A stretch of DNA of 64,000 nt from Moniliella sp. 'wahieum' (taxonomy: Eukaryota). The DNA is taken from assembly GCA_003971905.1 (NCBI GenBank), contig RSEE01000003.1, forward strand, positions 682,001-746,000, given 5' to 3'. Below, one piece after another: positions 1 through 13,895 of this stretch. The notes beneath the pieces are model-generated. The model worked only from the letters and a program-made list of their open reading frames with translations. It did not search any database and had not been told where the DNA came from. Positions within the stretch are counted from its first letter, which is position 1. Every line of letters starts with the position of its first letter. The position numbers and the translations under genes were made by a program.

Positions 1-711
1 CACTCCCTTCGTTCAGTCGCAACAGGTTCCACTGCACCCTCTGCTTCCTCCTTTGCGATCCCGGTGCAGGATACTTCCCCGCTGCGCACTGCACGCGCTG
101 GAGACCTGTCCCTCGACAGCTCCCCTTTCTTGTCCTCTTCAACCGCACCCTAGTCCTTGCCACCGCACCTTAGCATACCTCTCCTTGCGCACTTTCCTCC
201 CTCTCTATTGCACGCCCCCCTTGCACGCCTCTCATCCAATGTCCCACTCTGCCTACCCCTCCCGCATCCCTCTGTTCCCTCTCTGGTTCCCCCGTTACCG
301 GTTACCCTGGTTGCAATGGACGCCTTCTGTGACTGCTGGGTATGGCTCAGTCAACGTCCAGCTCGCTCTGGATCCAACAAGCGAGCCGCCGCGATCTGGC
401 TGGAGTGATTGGCGTTGCGTGTTCTGGATTCGTAGTAACCGGGGTGTCTCCACGCGTGAAGGCGGCAGATCTATTCTCGTTGGATTTAGCAATCTGCAAA
501 GCCCGCCGGGCGGCGCTGCGCCGCAGCCCTGAGCCGCTGAGCCTCAGGAGCCAGCGACGCGGAAAAAGAGGATCGGGTTTGGATTATGTAACCCGGTGGA
601 ACAAACTCGGTCGCTTTTGTGAGTCAGAACCACACCTGGTTAACGCCCCTCCCACCTCCTACTCCGATACCACCCCCGTCTTAACCACTTGCCCCGCTTC
701 CACTCGCCCCA

Positions 712-2028
712 ATGGCCAGCAAATCCGAAGCTATCTCGTCTCAGCTCAGCCCCGAGGCCAAGTACGAGCTCATCACGCGTGACCTGCAAGAAGTGTGGGC
801 GGGGGAGAAGGTCAAGGCGATCCTTACGGCGCAAGAACGGCCGGTGCGGGCGTACTTTGGCACGCCCCCACGGGTCGGCCGCACGTTGGCTACCTTGTTC
901 CGCTCTGCAAGTTGGCTGACTTCCTCAAGGCAGGTGTGCACGTCAAGGTGCTCCTGGCAGACATCCATGCTTTCTTGGACAACCTCAAGGCGCCCATTGA
1001 GTTGGTCAAGGCGCGCGCGGCTTACTACGGCGCAATGATCAAGGTGGTGTTGCAGGCGATTGGTGTGCCTGTGGACCGTCTCGAGTTTGTCGTTGGGTCC
1101 TCGTACCAGCTTACGCCCGAGTACACCATGGACCAGTACCGTCTAGCGTCCATCGTGACCGAGCACGATGCGTTGCGTGCCGGTGCCGAGGTGGTAAAAC
1201 AGGTCGCTTCTCCTTTGCTCTCTTCGTTGCTCTACCCGGGCCTGCAGGCACTGGACGAGGAGTACCTGCATGTGGACTTCCAGTTTGGCGGGGTGGACCA
1301 GCGCAAGATCTTTACCTACGCTGAGGCTTTCCTGCCCAAGCTGGGCTACGAGAAACGGGCGCACTTGATGAGTCCCATGGTGCCAGGGCTCAAGGGGAGC
1401 AAGATGAGCTCCTCGGACAAGGGAAGCAAGATTGATTTCCTCGACTCGCCCAAAGAGATTCAAAAGAAACTCAATGAGGCATTCTGCGTCGAGGGGCAAG
1501 TGGAGGAGAATGGCGTGCTGGCATTTGCCAAGGCGGTCATCTTCCCCGTTGCGCGGCTACGTGCCGAGACGCGCGCCGAAGGTCATGGTGACCTTCTCCA
1601 CCCGGACAATGGTACGGGTGGCGAACTGCACCTCGACTCTGCTCCGGCGGTACGCTCTTTCCATTTCCCGTCCGGAAAAGTTCGGTGGGTCGCTTCACTA
1701 CACTTCGTACGCCCAATTGGAGGAAGACTTGTTGCCAAGAAACTCCACCCGCTCGACTTGAAGAAAGGGCCGATGCGATCATTGCACTTCTTGAACCCGT
1801 GCGAAAAGCATTTGAGCAGCCGGAATTCGTCAAGATCAACCAGGAGGCTTACCCCGCCGATGTGCCGGCCAAACCGGCCGAAGAAGACGGTCAAAGCGAA
1901 GAACCCCGGGTGGCACACATGTTCACTGTAGGAGGGGTGGCACGGCCAAGTCCAAGGAGGAGGCACTGGCGGCGCAGAAGGCGGATAAGGAGGCTAAGAA
2001 GGCGGCTAAGGCCCAGGCCCAGGCCTAG
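712..2028 (+). CDS. TYS1: Cytosolic tyrosyl-tRNA synthetase (frameshifted in this assembly)
   Basis: Joined ORFs 712..1038 and 795..1931 plus a tail give '[12 protein letters not shown]', the class-I HIGH region '[12 protein letters not shown]', '[13 protein letters not shown]', 'KMSSS' and 'KLHPLDLK'. The Lys/Ala-rich tail ends at TAG 2026-2028. Several small indels. Confidence 0.95.
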
Positions 2029-2387
2029 GCTCAGGCTGCGGATTGGAACAGTCACTTGGACGTCACATTGCCTCTTTACTGTGATGTGTATAGCAGTCGG
2101 AGCCAAGTAGGAGATACAGGGAGGGAAGTCGTTGGTGCGCTAGCGAGGGAGAGGACAGTGGCGGCGCCCATAGCCCAAACAGGAGCAATTGGATCGAGGA
2201 CTCCTTTACTGTCAGATCTCAGATCTCACCGATCTCACCATTGACCTCAATCTCCATTGTTGCAGTTGCAATCCCGTCTAATCTATCCGAGCGCACAACC
2301 TTAATCGGCTTGTCAATTCACGCTCCAAGTGAAAGCGGAACCGCACATTAAGAGCTCACGGTGACCGCCACCATCTCCTCCACACCG

Positions 2388-3830
2388 ATGGGCGTGCACC
2401 CGACCGCCGAGCTGACACGCGCCATCGCCTACCTAGGCCACGTGGCGGCGGAGACGGTCGTGCTGTTGGCGCTAGCTGCTGGGGAGCGCCATGGCAGCAG
2501 AGGCGTTGTGTGGCGTCGTACTCGCTTTGTGTGCTCACTGCAGCACCAGAGCGCCCAGGTACGCGCCCTCCTGGCCTCGCACTTGCTCATGCTCTTCCCC
2601 CCTCCCCTATCCCCGCGCCACTCGGCACCTGAAGACCTTTCCTCGCCCGAGCTTCGCTCAGCTAAAAACCGAGGGCGTGCGGTCGTCATCCTCCCCTCGG
2701 CTGCCCCGAGCTCGCATACAGCCTCGCTGTCGCACTCGCCTCCAACGCTACAGGTGAGAAAGTGGGGTTGCCTGGTGGGCGAGGGGAAGGGCTGTTGCAG
2801 GGCCTAATGCAGCGCTTGTTTCCTCCGCCTCCATCGGGGATTACGTGCTTGTCTTGGTTCGGACCAAGAGGCGTTGGGGACGCTGATCCCCCGTTGGGCC
2901 CAGGCCAAGGCTCAGCACCACCGCTCCGAAACGACTCATACGCCTCGCCGTCAGTCCTGGGCATCGGGACGAGGCTTGGTTGGTGTGCCTGACTTACTCA
3001 AGGGGTGGCGGGTGGGAGAAACGTCGTCGCTCCGATCTTGCTCCCACACCACGTCTCCTTCCCTCTCCCCAAGCCCGGAACGCACTCGCATCGGACGCGT
3101 GATCCCCTTTCTTTGCCCCAGCGAGGGGGGGAAGGAAGAGTATGTTCAAAGTTTGGTTGGCGAGTACTGTTCCTCCAACACCTTGGTTCTCAACGGCGTC
3201 GTCCTCCTACCCCCAGCACACGATACGCAAATCCAAGTGGGCCAAAGCCTGGTTCGCACCTTCCATTCGCGGCTGGTGCAACTGCTACCACCCGGACACA
3301 AAGGTGCACGAGGTACAACCCAATTTACTTTAGTACGTTGACCCGATTGGCTGCATGGGACTAACACTTCTCCTGTTGTTGGCTTCAGATGAGGCGACGG
3401 CCCAGCCTCTTGTTGATCTGGTGGAGGAAACGACGATGCAGCTTAGAGAACATGGGCTATGCTTCTTGCTTCCGCGCACCACACCCTACACCCAGGACAG
3501 GAGATGATTATCCATCGTCTGAGCCAAGCTTTTGGAGCCTCCTGGGCTTTGGCCTGGGACTGGCCCACTTTCTTCAACAGGCATCGGAGTTGGTTCTCTG
3601 GCCACAGGGTCTTGTACGGCGGCCACTCCGTCTCGGCAGAAGAAACGGAGGAAGAGGAAGAGTATTCCACGACTCGGATTGGGGGGGCAAGCATACTATT
3701 CCCCACCGAACCCACAATGGGAGTAAATAAGTTGCTCTTGTACCTTGTCCGTGACGCCCTTTTCCGCCCTACCCCACGCGCCTCTTACTTTCTTGGTTGG
3801 GGCGCACGCTGGACCAGCCTGATGGCCTGA
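2388..3830 (+). CDS. Hypothetical protein, one intron, frameshifted
   Basis: Chain of overlapping + strand ORFs (2361..2807, 2491..2757, 2762..2992, 2874..3341, 3459..3830). Canonical intron GTACGT...GACTAAC...TTCAG at ~3333-3388. No family recognised; ends uncertain. Confidence 0.45.
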
Positions 3831-4678
3831 TGGCCTAGCGGCCTCGTGGCCTCGTGGTTCATGGTCTAGTGCCCGATAGTCTAATGTCCCTGACGCACCT
3901 CATTCCGACTCCTTGGCTCCTGTTCGTGCCTGGGTCGGACGGAAACGAAACAAATGATTTAGTTGAGCATGTTGGGATCGGTCCCTCCGCGATGGTTGGG
4001 GGGATACCCTCCCCGGCGATTACTTTGGTGCAGGGGCATTACGTTGCTTTGTGCAATTGGGCCTGGGGACAGTAGTCGAGGTAAGGCCAAGATAGTGGAA
4101 CGGTAGGGGGTAGGCAATGGGCCGTACATGTTTTACGTATGAACTGAACCTACTAGACTGAACGGACTGAACGGAGTAGTCTATGAGAAAAGGGTGCCAT
4201 ACTGAGGAAGATGAACTCGGTCGGGGGAGCACGGGATGCAAACGCATGGACCTTGCATGTATCAGACGTCAGTGCGTCAGATCAGCGCTCTTCGCAAAGC
4301 AACTCATACAAAACGCAAGGCCAACGGAAACATGAACGTGACGAATTATTGGAGTAACTAGTAGTAAAGCGTAAATCCTCCTGCCGTGAGACTACTTAGA
4401 ACTATAGATGCTCACTTAAAGCGAGTTCAAGCAGTTCAAGTGAACGCTTCACCTGAACTGGTAACTACAACTCTTGAAACCATGACATGCATGACAGCTA
4501 TAATGCCAGGGACATGGTGTACACCTTATAAGCCGAAGCAGCCAATACACGGAGTGGCAATGAAGCTTCATTCATAGCGGGGGAATGTCGAAAAGCACAG
4601 AAAAGTTGTGCAAAAGGGGAATTTAACGTGACAAGCACATATTGATAGGCAACAATAATATGAAACAAAGAGACTCGA

Positions 4679-6522
4679 TCAAGCGACCGAGCCCGGAGTA
4701 CTAGCGTCGAGAGTGCCAATGTTGGTTCCCTCGAGCTTCTTTTCAGCCATAGCCGCATCTTCTTCCGAGGGAGAGTGCCACTCGCCCGGCTCGGCAATGT
4801 TGCCTGTGTCCACGGCGCTCACGCATCTCCTTGTTGAACGTGGCCGACTTGAGCGTCGTCGTCTGCCGTACATCTCGTCCACCTCCTCAAGCGACAAGCC
4901 CGCCGTTTCGTACACGAAGAAGTAGACAAACACCATGCCACACAGAGTGGTAGCCATCCACACAAAGAATACCTTGGTTCCAATCCGCTCAACAATGTAC
5001 GGCGTCGAGGAGCCAGAGAGACATTGATCGCCCAGTTGGACGCCGCGCACAAGCTCATTCCCTTGGCACGGATGGCCAGGGGGAAAATCTCACCGCAGAC
5101 AACCCAGCGATCGGACCCCAGGTCGGGGCAAAGCCAGCACAAGAGACAGACAAAGGCAACCATAGCGTTCCGAGACGGCAGGTTGGTAATCGGCGTGCTG
5201 AGCGAGACCACAGCGACAATCAAATGGCACAACGCCATCCACGCAGCACCAGCCAGAAGCATACGACGCCGACCCACCTTGTCCACCAGAACAACCCGGG
5301 AATCGTGGCGACCACGTTGACGATAGCCGGGATCAGGGCAAAGACGAAAGGGTCCAAAGTGGGAATAGCCTGCGAGCCAAAGACAGTTCCATAGTACATA
5401 ATGTAGTTGATGCCGGTAAACTGTTGCCAGACTAAAAACGAAAAGAGACAGGTCAGGTCAGTATCCAACTCCATCAATGGGGTGGAAGCGTCTGGGAAAT
5501 CGTGTTGGGGGATAGTACGCACATTGGATGAAAATACCCGTCAACGTGCGCAGCAGGTACTTCCTGTTGCCCATCCGGAAGCAGTCAATGTAACCGTGAA
5601 TGCCGGGGGAAGTTTGGCCGAGCTCCTCTTCAGGTTGGACTTGATCTCGGCGTACTCCAGGTCGACCTCTTCACTGTCAGGAGCGACGGAATGCAGACGG
5701 CTGAGCGCTTGGCGCGCCTGTGCGTCCCGGCCGGAACGAACGAGCCAGCGGGGCGACTCGGGCATAAACAGAAGACCAGCAGAGAGTGCAATTGCCCATC
5801 CAAGCTGTATAGCAATCGGGACACGGTACTCGGCCGTGGTGTCGTGGTACCGACGTGCCCAGGTTGACACCCGACGCCAACAACAAACCAATAGTGATCG
5901 CCCACTGATAGGCGACGATTGCGCCACGAATCCAGCGCGGGGCAGTCTCCGACTGGTAGGTCGGGATGATGGTCGAGATGATACCCACGCCCACACCAGC
6001 CACAACACGTCCTCCGACAAACATACCAAGGTGGTGCTTCGGCGCGCCCGTCTGGGAGTGCCACGCCAAAGACAAAGATGAGATTGGCCAGGTGCACCGC
6101 GTTCTTGCGGCCAAAGTAGTCGCCAAAGGGTGCACCAACCAAGGCACCAACAAAGGTACCACAGACAAGAGCGAGGTGACCATCGACGTGGTCGAAGACC
6201 CGAGAGCATATTTACCGACCACTGCCGCTACCAGCTTGCCAGTGACCAAAGTCTTCCTTGAAGCGCCTGGTCCAGACCTGCACGATGTGACCCAACCAAC
6301 GTCTGGGGTCAGATATGGATCCTTGGAACACACAAGAGGCAGAAGAGAGGTTGGGGGACCCATGCCAGAGGGAGTACGTACCAGAAATGGTGCCGGTGTC
6401 GTAACCGTACAGAAGACCGCCCATGGACGCGGCAATGCCAATCAGAATGGCCGGCATGACTGCCGGATGCTCAGGTCGGCAGGCTTGTGAGCGGCGAGGC
6501 CGCCACCAGTAATGGCGGGCAT
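4679..6522 (-). CDS. MFS sugar porter, hexose transporter / Rco-3-like
   Basis: Motifs 'GGLLYGYDTGTISG', 'DYFGRK', 'YQSETAPRWIRG', 'PESPRWL', 'QQFTGINYIMYYG', 'DKVGRR', 'GEIFPLAIRAKG', 'YET-GLSLEEVDEMY'. Introns at 6278-6381 and 5432-5522. Several indels. Confidence 0.93.
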
Positions 6523-9500
6523 GATGGGAGAGGGTGTGAGGTGGTGAAGTTGAACGGGGAGAGGGGCTTGGAGAAGGCGACTGGAGGGGAAACGGCCCAG
6601 AGGTAGCTGGACGTGTTGGGGGAGGGGGGAGGGGAGGAAGAGATGAGATGAGACGAGGGGACGGGAATTGTCGACGGAGAAGGGCGTGAGGGGTTTTATA
6701 CCCGACGCTTTGCAGGCCCCAAAAACATGGCACATGGAAGTACCGTTGTGGGACGGGCGTCGGGGGAGTGTCCCCCAAGTCGTGGCAGTGGTGACTACTG
6801 ACCCCACCATGGCATTTCTTCAAGCCGCGCTGCTCTCGCTTCTGGGCGGCTGTAGAGGCTACGGTGGTGCCTGTCGCGGCAATAGACGGAAAGGCATGTG
6901 TGCCGCAGGCGTGGCGGGGCTTCTTGGCGGGGAGGCCCAGCCTGGGTCTCAGCAGGCGGCAGCTCTGAACGATCGACCGCTGGACGCCGGGCGAGGGGGA
7001 CGAGGCTAGGGGGGGGCACAGAGACACCAAACGCGGGGCGATGGATCGAGGGATGCAGGCCGCACACTACTGCCGCACAGCGCAGCAGGACGCCGAGACT
7101 AGACTAGTAGTGACTAGCGACATCCGTGACCTGCCTCTGGGGTGTGTGTGACGGCGGCAACCGGGGGTGTTTCGGTGGGAACAATGCAAATGGTGGTAAT
7201 GACTTATTGACTAGTGGCTAGTGATCAGCTTAACTGGCCAGTATACCAGCCAGTACCCTGCCAACTGGGGGGTGGTTGATGGTGTTGATGGTGCATGGGA
7301 TATGTGATGTAGGCTGGGCGAGCGTGGGCGTGATGTGTGATGTGGTGCCAGAGCCTTGTGTTCTCGCCGCGCGGGCCTTTGCGGATGTGATGTGTCTGAC
7401 ATGTCGCGTGCGCGGGGCCACTGGTAGGGACGAATAGCCACGGGGGGGGGGCCAGGCACTAGGCACTAGGCACTGTCCACTCCTCTCGGCCCCGACTGTC
7501 CCGGCTGCCTACGCGCCGAACCCAGACCGCGCCTTGGCGGCCGAGCTTGGTAGCCGGTAGAGCGACGGAGTCGATAGTCGATGTAGTCGATAGGGCAGCA
7601 CGCAGTGGCGCCGTGCGCCCTGAGACGGACGCGCTAGGCGCAAGCACCTGGGGGCCAGGCCCTGCCACGCCCGCGCCCTGCCAACACGCCCTGCCAACAC
7701 GCCCTATTCGGCTTACTTGCAGATTGGGCATTGGCACCTATGTGCACGCGGCCTTTAGTGCGTCTCACCAGCGTCCGCACCGCCTCCGCCCTGCGTCAGC
7801 CGCCCAGCGGTTCGTAAATGGAAACGTTAAACGTTAAACGTTAACCTACAGGCTCAAATGTCCGGTTGGTGGGGAAGGGGTGTGGATGCAGTGAGGCCGG
7901 TGTGGGGGAAGATCGAGACGAGTACTGATGTCCATGACCGGCCCCGATGGTGTCGAGATGCCGGCGCCCCAGGGCGGAGGCGGCGGAATTCATTCTATTC
8001 AGCACCCAAAGGCCTTTCGGTGGGGTGCGTTCTTGTGCAAGGCACGTCCTGGAGATATTCGATCATCGACCAGTATGCATACTCAGGTACGCAGGGATCA
8101 GTGCCCGGTGCTCAACGGCGTCGGCGCAGCACGGGGGCAGTGCGTGGAGCAGGAACAGCAGAGGCGCAACTCGGAAAGCTTAATGTGTGGCTGGCCATCG
8201 AGCGCATCATGATCATGTCACCATCATGCATCATGCATCTCTCTGCAAGCTCCGCCTTCGAGCGTTGCAGCAGCAGACTGTGGGCACCAGAAGACTGGAC
8301 CCAACGATGGCCGGGTAGCATTCCGCCGCGCTTGGGCCATGTCTCTTGTGCTGTGGCCCCCCCATGCAACCCATGGCTCCTGCCACGTCTCGTACGCGCA
8401 GCTCCACCATCTTGCTCCACAGAGGTCCCTGAAGCGATCAGGATGCACATGGGCTGCCTGTTGCACTCCAAGATATGATCCAAAGTGTTCCCTCTCCTCC
8501 CCAGCCGTGGTTGTGATGGTGTGTGGCCACATTTTCTGACACTACACATGTGATGGTAAAGGTTTTGCTGTCGCGCGGGGGGGGGGTTGCGCTTATAGTG
8601 TGTATACTTCCTATACTCTGTACTCACACAGTTCTCATGGGCAACACGCGTCGCAGGCTAGTCACTACTCACGTCTCTGTGCCCCCACACCCCCCAAACA
8701 GGGATGCTGCCCTGCCATCACATGCATCAGGGGGGCTTTATGCTGTGTTCTGTGTTCTCATGTGGATAGGAGAAAACCGCCCCGAAGTTCCCCGATAGTA
8801 TATACATCAAGTAGCCTGTCGACAACGAGACCTGGTCGACACGTCTCAAGTGTTACTAGTTACTCGTTACTAGCTACTGGCTACATTCTTTCTAGTGTCT
8901 TCAAGCTTCAGATCGAACAGACCATCTAGCATACTTAATTCCCCCTGTGTGACATGTGACATGCGACATGTGATTGTTGGTGTGGGGCGGGGGGGGTAAT
9001 AGGGGACACATAAAATGAGAGCTAGAATGTATACACATCTTAGATCTTAAGCCCACGCTCGCGTCGTGCTATATGTATGCTAGATGGCAACCTGGGGCAA
9101 CGCGGGCATATGTGTCTAGATTGCCGTTTGTGAGGTGCGCCACCTGGTACATCAGCCCGGGGCGGCGGGTCAAACGAGGATTATAATTGCCCAAGAAAAC
9201 CTTTGCAGCGACGGAACAGGCCGCGCGCAACCCCAGAACCATGGGGCCCTCGTCGACCCACAGTTTTGAACTATTATACTGTGTGGGGATGCCATGCGGG
9301 AGGGGAACGACGGGAGACACATAAGCTTGTGGCTGAGAGCTCCACAACTACTCAGAGAGAGAGGAGATGACATGATCGATATGAGATTGCATTGGCCGGG
9401 TTCCGCTCTGCTCCGCCCCTCCTCGTTGCGCTCTGGGTGCCTCCCCCTTGATTAAGATTGCATCTTCAAGCTTCAGGTTTCAAGCTTCATCCCCACCATT

Positions 9501-12322
9501 CTGCCCCTGCCTTGATCGCTCCCCACTTCTTGGTCACGGTCACCGGCCACTATAGTCACTACTGTGTAAATGGCCGATCAGAGCAATAAGTTCATCGTTT
9601 AATCCATCGTTCGCAGCGTCCCCTCTCGCGAAAAAATGACCTCCGCACTTACGGGAACGAGAACCACATTGTCCACCATAGCTGCCCCCCTCTGGTTTGC
9701 TGAGGTGTGGAGGGTCTCCCTAATAGGGGTATTACCATTACCAGCATCACCTGCATCACCTCCCTGAAGGTGTCTCTGCAATGGCCTAAGCCCTAAGTCA
9801 AAGCCCTAAGGCCTTTACGACCTAATATTAAATCTTACCAAGCTCTAAGCTTCTAATGTAAGCTCTATAAGGCCAAATCCCCCAACGTAAACTCTCTTCA
9901 TGTCGGAGCAGTTGAACTCCCCTTTAGTCCGTTCAACGTTTAACCTTTCGATACACTCAACTCCCACAGTGCAGAGCTAGCTGTGCGCATTGCGCTGTAA
10001 GACTGGTGATCGGTAACGGTAAACGGTAAACACTATGGAACGATTAGCAGCACGGGGTGAAGAAGAGAGAGCGGCTATTCTTCTCTATGCTACCTACTAT
10101 ACGTCGGGCCGTTTGGTGTACTTGCTGTTGGTGTATGTGACGTGGTAGAGTGTGATGCGGCCTGCGGGTTATGGTGTGGGGTTTCGATAATGTAGGGGGT
10201 ATCTCCAGAACGCACGTAACAGTGAGAGCATCGAGCACTTGGAGTAAGAGAGGTAAGACTCGTACTTCTCGGAGTAGTACTCTGCGCGGTATAGTAAAAA
10301 CAGGAAGGTCCTCATCAGCCGCCTGTGTACTCAGTTAAGTGCTCCAGTATCAGTCCTGCAGGTATTGGGCCAACTGTTGGCCATCTCACACAGGTGCGAG
10401 GCGCTTGGAGGCAAAGGTGTCGTCATACGCGTCGTGTTGACATGGTGAACAACACATGTGTGCACATACAGAAGCTGCATTGAATATTGAGATCTGAGAG
10501 CACTGACGATTGGTGACTTCAAGAGTACTGAGTATATACTGCGGGTGACATGGTGACATGTGACATGTGACGCTTTCGCGTGCGTGACGCGTGACGCGTC
10601 GCGGCCCTTGTGGGATCTGATGAATCTGATGCACAACAGGATCTGTTGGCCGCGATTGGTACGTTGTACGTCGTACGTCGTACGTCGTACGTTGAACGTT
10701 GGACGTTGGAGGCTGTTTGTGGCGACTATAACTCAGCGCTCGTACTCATTGTGGGCAACAGACGTGGCTGAAGCGGCGGGGCATGGGGACGTGGGACGGG
10801 CGGGGTGGGGGACGGCGTGTTTGTAGTTGGGGTGCTGGAGTTCCTACCTTCCTGGGAGGATGGGTGTGTGACATATGTGACAGGGTATACACTGTGGGGC
10901 GTGCGGCATGGGACGGGTGGCCGGTGACGCATGTCACCATGTCCCCGACTATCGATTATCGATCGATTTATCGATTAACTCGATTAACGTTTAACGTTAT
11001 TTAACCTCAATCTTACCGTTGCATGTACATTGAACTTTGAACCGGGTAACTAGTAAGTTGCCCCGCCAACGCGTCAGCGCGCACTACAGTAACTGAGCCG
11101 AGCAGGCCTGTACTACATACTGTGCCTGACAGGTATACCGGAGCTTTAGCGTCAACGCTGTCAGCCGTTACGAGACCCGATGATGTCTCTTCTTCTCCTT
11201 GTCTCTCAGAGACTCCAGCGCGAACGAGAGTCACAATTGAGTACTGAGTACTGACACCTCATTGATGTGGGGACGCGCTTGTTTTAAAAAGTCCGTTCAA
11301 CGAGTTCACATTCAATCGATCTATGACCTTAATGACCCGAACGGGTATCGGCCCTATGTATCCTTGGTTGCGAGAGCGGCCCTTTCTTGCCTGGGTATTT
11401 ATTTTCTGTTCTTCCCCACGCTTCGTCTCCGTGGGAAGGAGGAGCGTCGCTGGTCCGCCACTAGGTGGTCCATTCGGTCCTTTGTTCACCGGCGCCCAGG
11501 AACGGTCTAGTTTTTGTGGCGACTTTACTGCCCTCCACGCAGTTCCTGATCTATAGTAATCTCCCCGTTCCCACATCTGGGATGTCTTTCACAAAAGACG
11601 TGTCACACGTCACTACGGCCCCAAAGCCCCTGTGCCTACGCAGCCTTTTGCTATCCCGGCCACCACCTGGCTATTGCTGATGTGCCCCAGAGGCCTCATG
11701 GCGATGCAGTGAAGCAGAGGGCGGTCGTGGCATCTATAGTGCGCTTGTGATGGGTATAATACCGTGGAAGGCTGCAGCCGAGAGCCACGGACGATTGGAA
11801 GAAGTTTTTTCCTGTTCCTTTACAGGAGTTGGCTGGTGCATTCATATCTCTTATACAGAAGAGATCAAGGCTGGGACAAGGAAACGCTGTGCCTAGAAAA
11901 CAATTGCCAACCAGGAGTACGAAGAATCCGCACGATATCCAGCTAATAATGCAGTGATGGCGCCTATAGCAGGCCTATACGTTGTAGAGGAGGCTGACAT
12001 GGTACACTGTGGAAGGATAGAGACCTGAGAGGGATCTCATCTAACAACCATACAACTTCAAAGAAGAACCAGAAAATGTGTGTATAATATACGCGTAATA
12101 TAAAACCTTTGAACCCAGATGTATGTCGGATGCCAAGGGATAACGGGCTTGAAGAAACCGCCGATTGTGGGGAGGATACAACAACGAGAAGTGGAAGGAA
12201 CAAGCTGTACGAGATAGACATGAGATGATAACAGAAGCAGAAAACAGTAAACAGTAAACATGAAACAAAACGAATCGAAAAGCTGTATAACAGAGGTCCA
12301 ATGAGGTGGACCACAAACGCTT

Positions 12323-13895
12323 TTACTCTTGCCCCGGCTCTACAGCAACCTCGGGCCAGACCACAGCGATCATCTTAGCAATCAGGGTGCTGGCCAGGCT
12401 CCCTGACGAAGAGGAGGAAGCCGTCGAGTCTTCTGATCCTCTTCGCACTTTGTCTTCCTTTTGATTTCCCTCTCCCTGCACGGGCGGAGGGACGAGGGGG
12501 GGAGCTTGCGACTCGTACATCCGGTAGAAAAATGAATCCTCTTCCTCTGCATTGTCAGATGAGAAAGAAACCCGAGTCACTGTATCTGCGTCATTCGCAT
12601 CCTCCTCATCATCTTGCTCTTGCTCCTGCTCCTGCTCCAGGGCATTCTCCTCCTGGGCCTCTTGGTTCATCTGATAAAGCCGGGGCAAGCTTGGTGACCA
12701 TGGCCCACACTCTTGGGGAAGAGGCATATGATCCTTTTCTTCCTCGGGAACTTCGATGATTGCATCGAGCTGCAGCTGCATTCCCGGGCGTATAAAGGGA
12801 AGGTAATTCCACTTCCACCACGATGGGTTCAGTTTCTCCATCATGGCCGAAAGGATAAGAACCAAGCCAGCCAGCCTCATCACGTTGTTCGGCTCGTCCA
12901 CCGCGCCAATCCACTCGACGTTGACCGGACCCATTCTGCAGGACGAACTAGTGAGTCGGATAAGGTTTCCGTGCATCTCTGGTTTCGCTCTTGGTCAGTT
13001 CATTCATCTTTTCTCAAAGTGAGACGATGGGGAGGAGGGGGGGAAGGGGACGTACGCAATCCAAATTGCAACGGGAGCAGGCCGGCACGCTGCATGCATC
13101 GGTCCATACCAAGTCGCTCCAACTTGTTGCGCACGGAAACGGGACACGCATACGTAGGTCCATAGACGCCGGAACGTAGGCGGAGGTATAGTTTGCGTTC
13201 GGGCGGATGCGATCGACAAAGTAGCCAAGCCAATCCCGTGGCGCTTTCACGCGGCAGGAAAGGTGTGACCACCATCCGGACCGCCGAATCCAAATATGGC
13301 GTGGTACGGTCACGCTGGGGCAAACTAAAGCCGATCTGGTCCATACCTTTCATGTCGGACAGGATGGACAGGTAAGCCTTGGAGGTCTTGTACTTGGTTG
13401 CACGGGCCAGGCGAGCATTCATCTTGCCCGCTTTGGCAAATAGGTTCAACACCAACGCCCAGTGAACGGGCAACTCATCTTCTGGTCCTTGGAACAGGCG
13501 TCGGTAGCCAGCCATGGTGGAAGGGGGAGGAGAGATGCCCAGACGGTTAGCCAACGTGAGCGATACCAGCCACTCCACCTCGCCACCACCCTTTTCTTGC
13601 GCTGGCAGAAGACAGAAAACGTGCAAGCACATGGGCTTGGGCCAGGACACCATCTTAAACACCGCTTCGGCCATGAGCATAGCTGGTACATGCATACCAG
13701 GCCGAATGGAATGCAGAGCCTGTAGCAAGGACCACTCTGTCGGCCGGATCGGCTGCACAGAGCGACCAGGTGTTAGGTCGCTTAGACGCATGCCTTCCCG
13801 TGAGGACGGTGAGGGGAGGTGGGCAGGTGGCGAGGAGCAGGAGCAGGCTGGTAGGTAATGGGCACAATGATGGGGAGTGACGGGTCCATGTCCAT
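12323..13895 (-). CDS. Hypothetical orphan protein with acidic C-terminal region
   Basis: ATG in CACCACCATGG context at 13895. Consecutive minus-strand ORFs 13000..13791 (263 aa) and 12323..12976 (217 aa, E/Q/D-rich). No recognised domain. Confidence 0.5.

Noticed and set aside
1..700. Possible gene start divergent from TYS1
   Set aside because: Only short or low-complexity ORFs, truncated by the window edge; nothing assignable.
11262..11510. 'DPNGYRPYVSL' similar to the LINE reverse transcriptase YRPISL motif
   Set aside because: Imperfect match and no downstream RT motifs.
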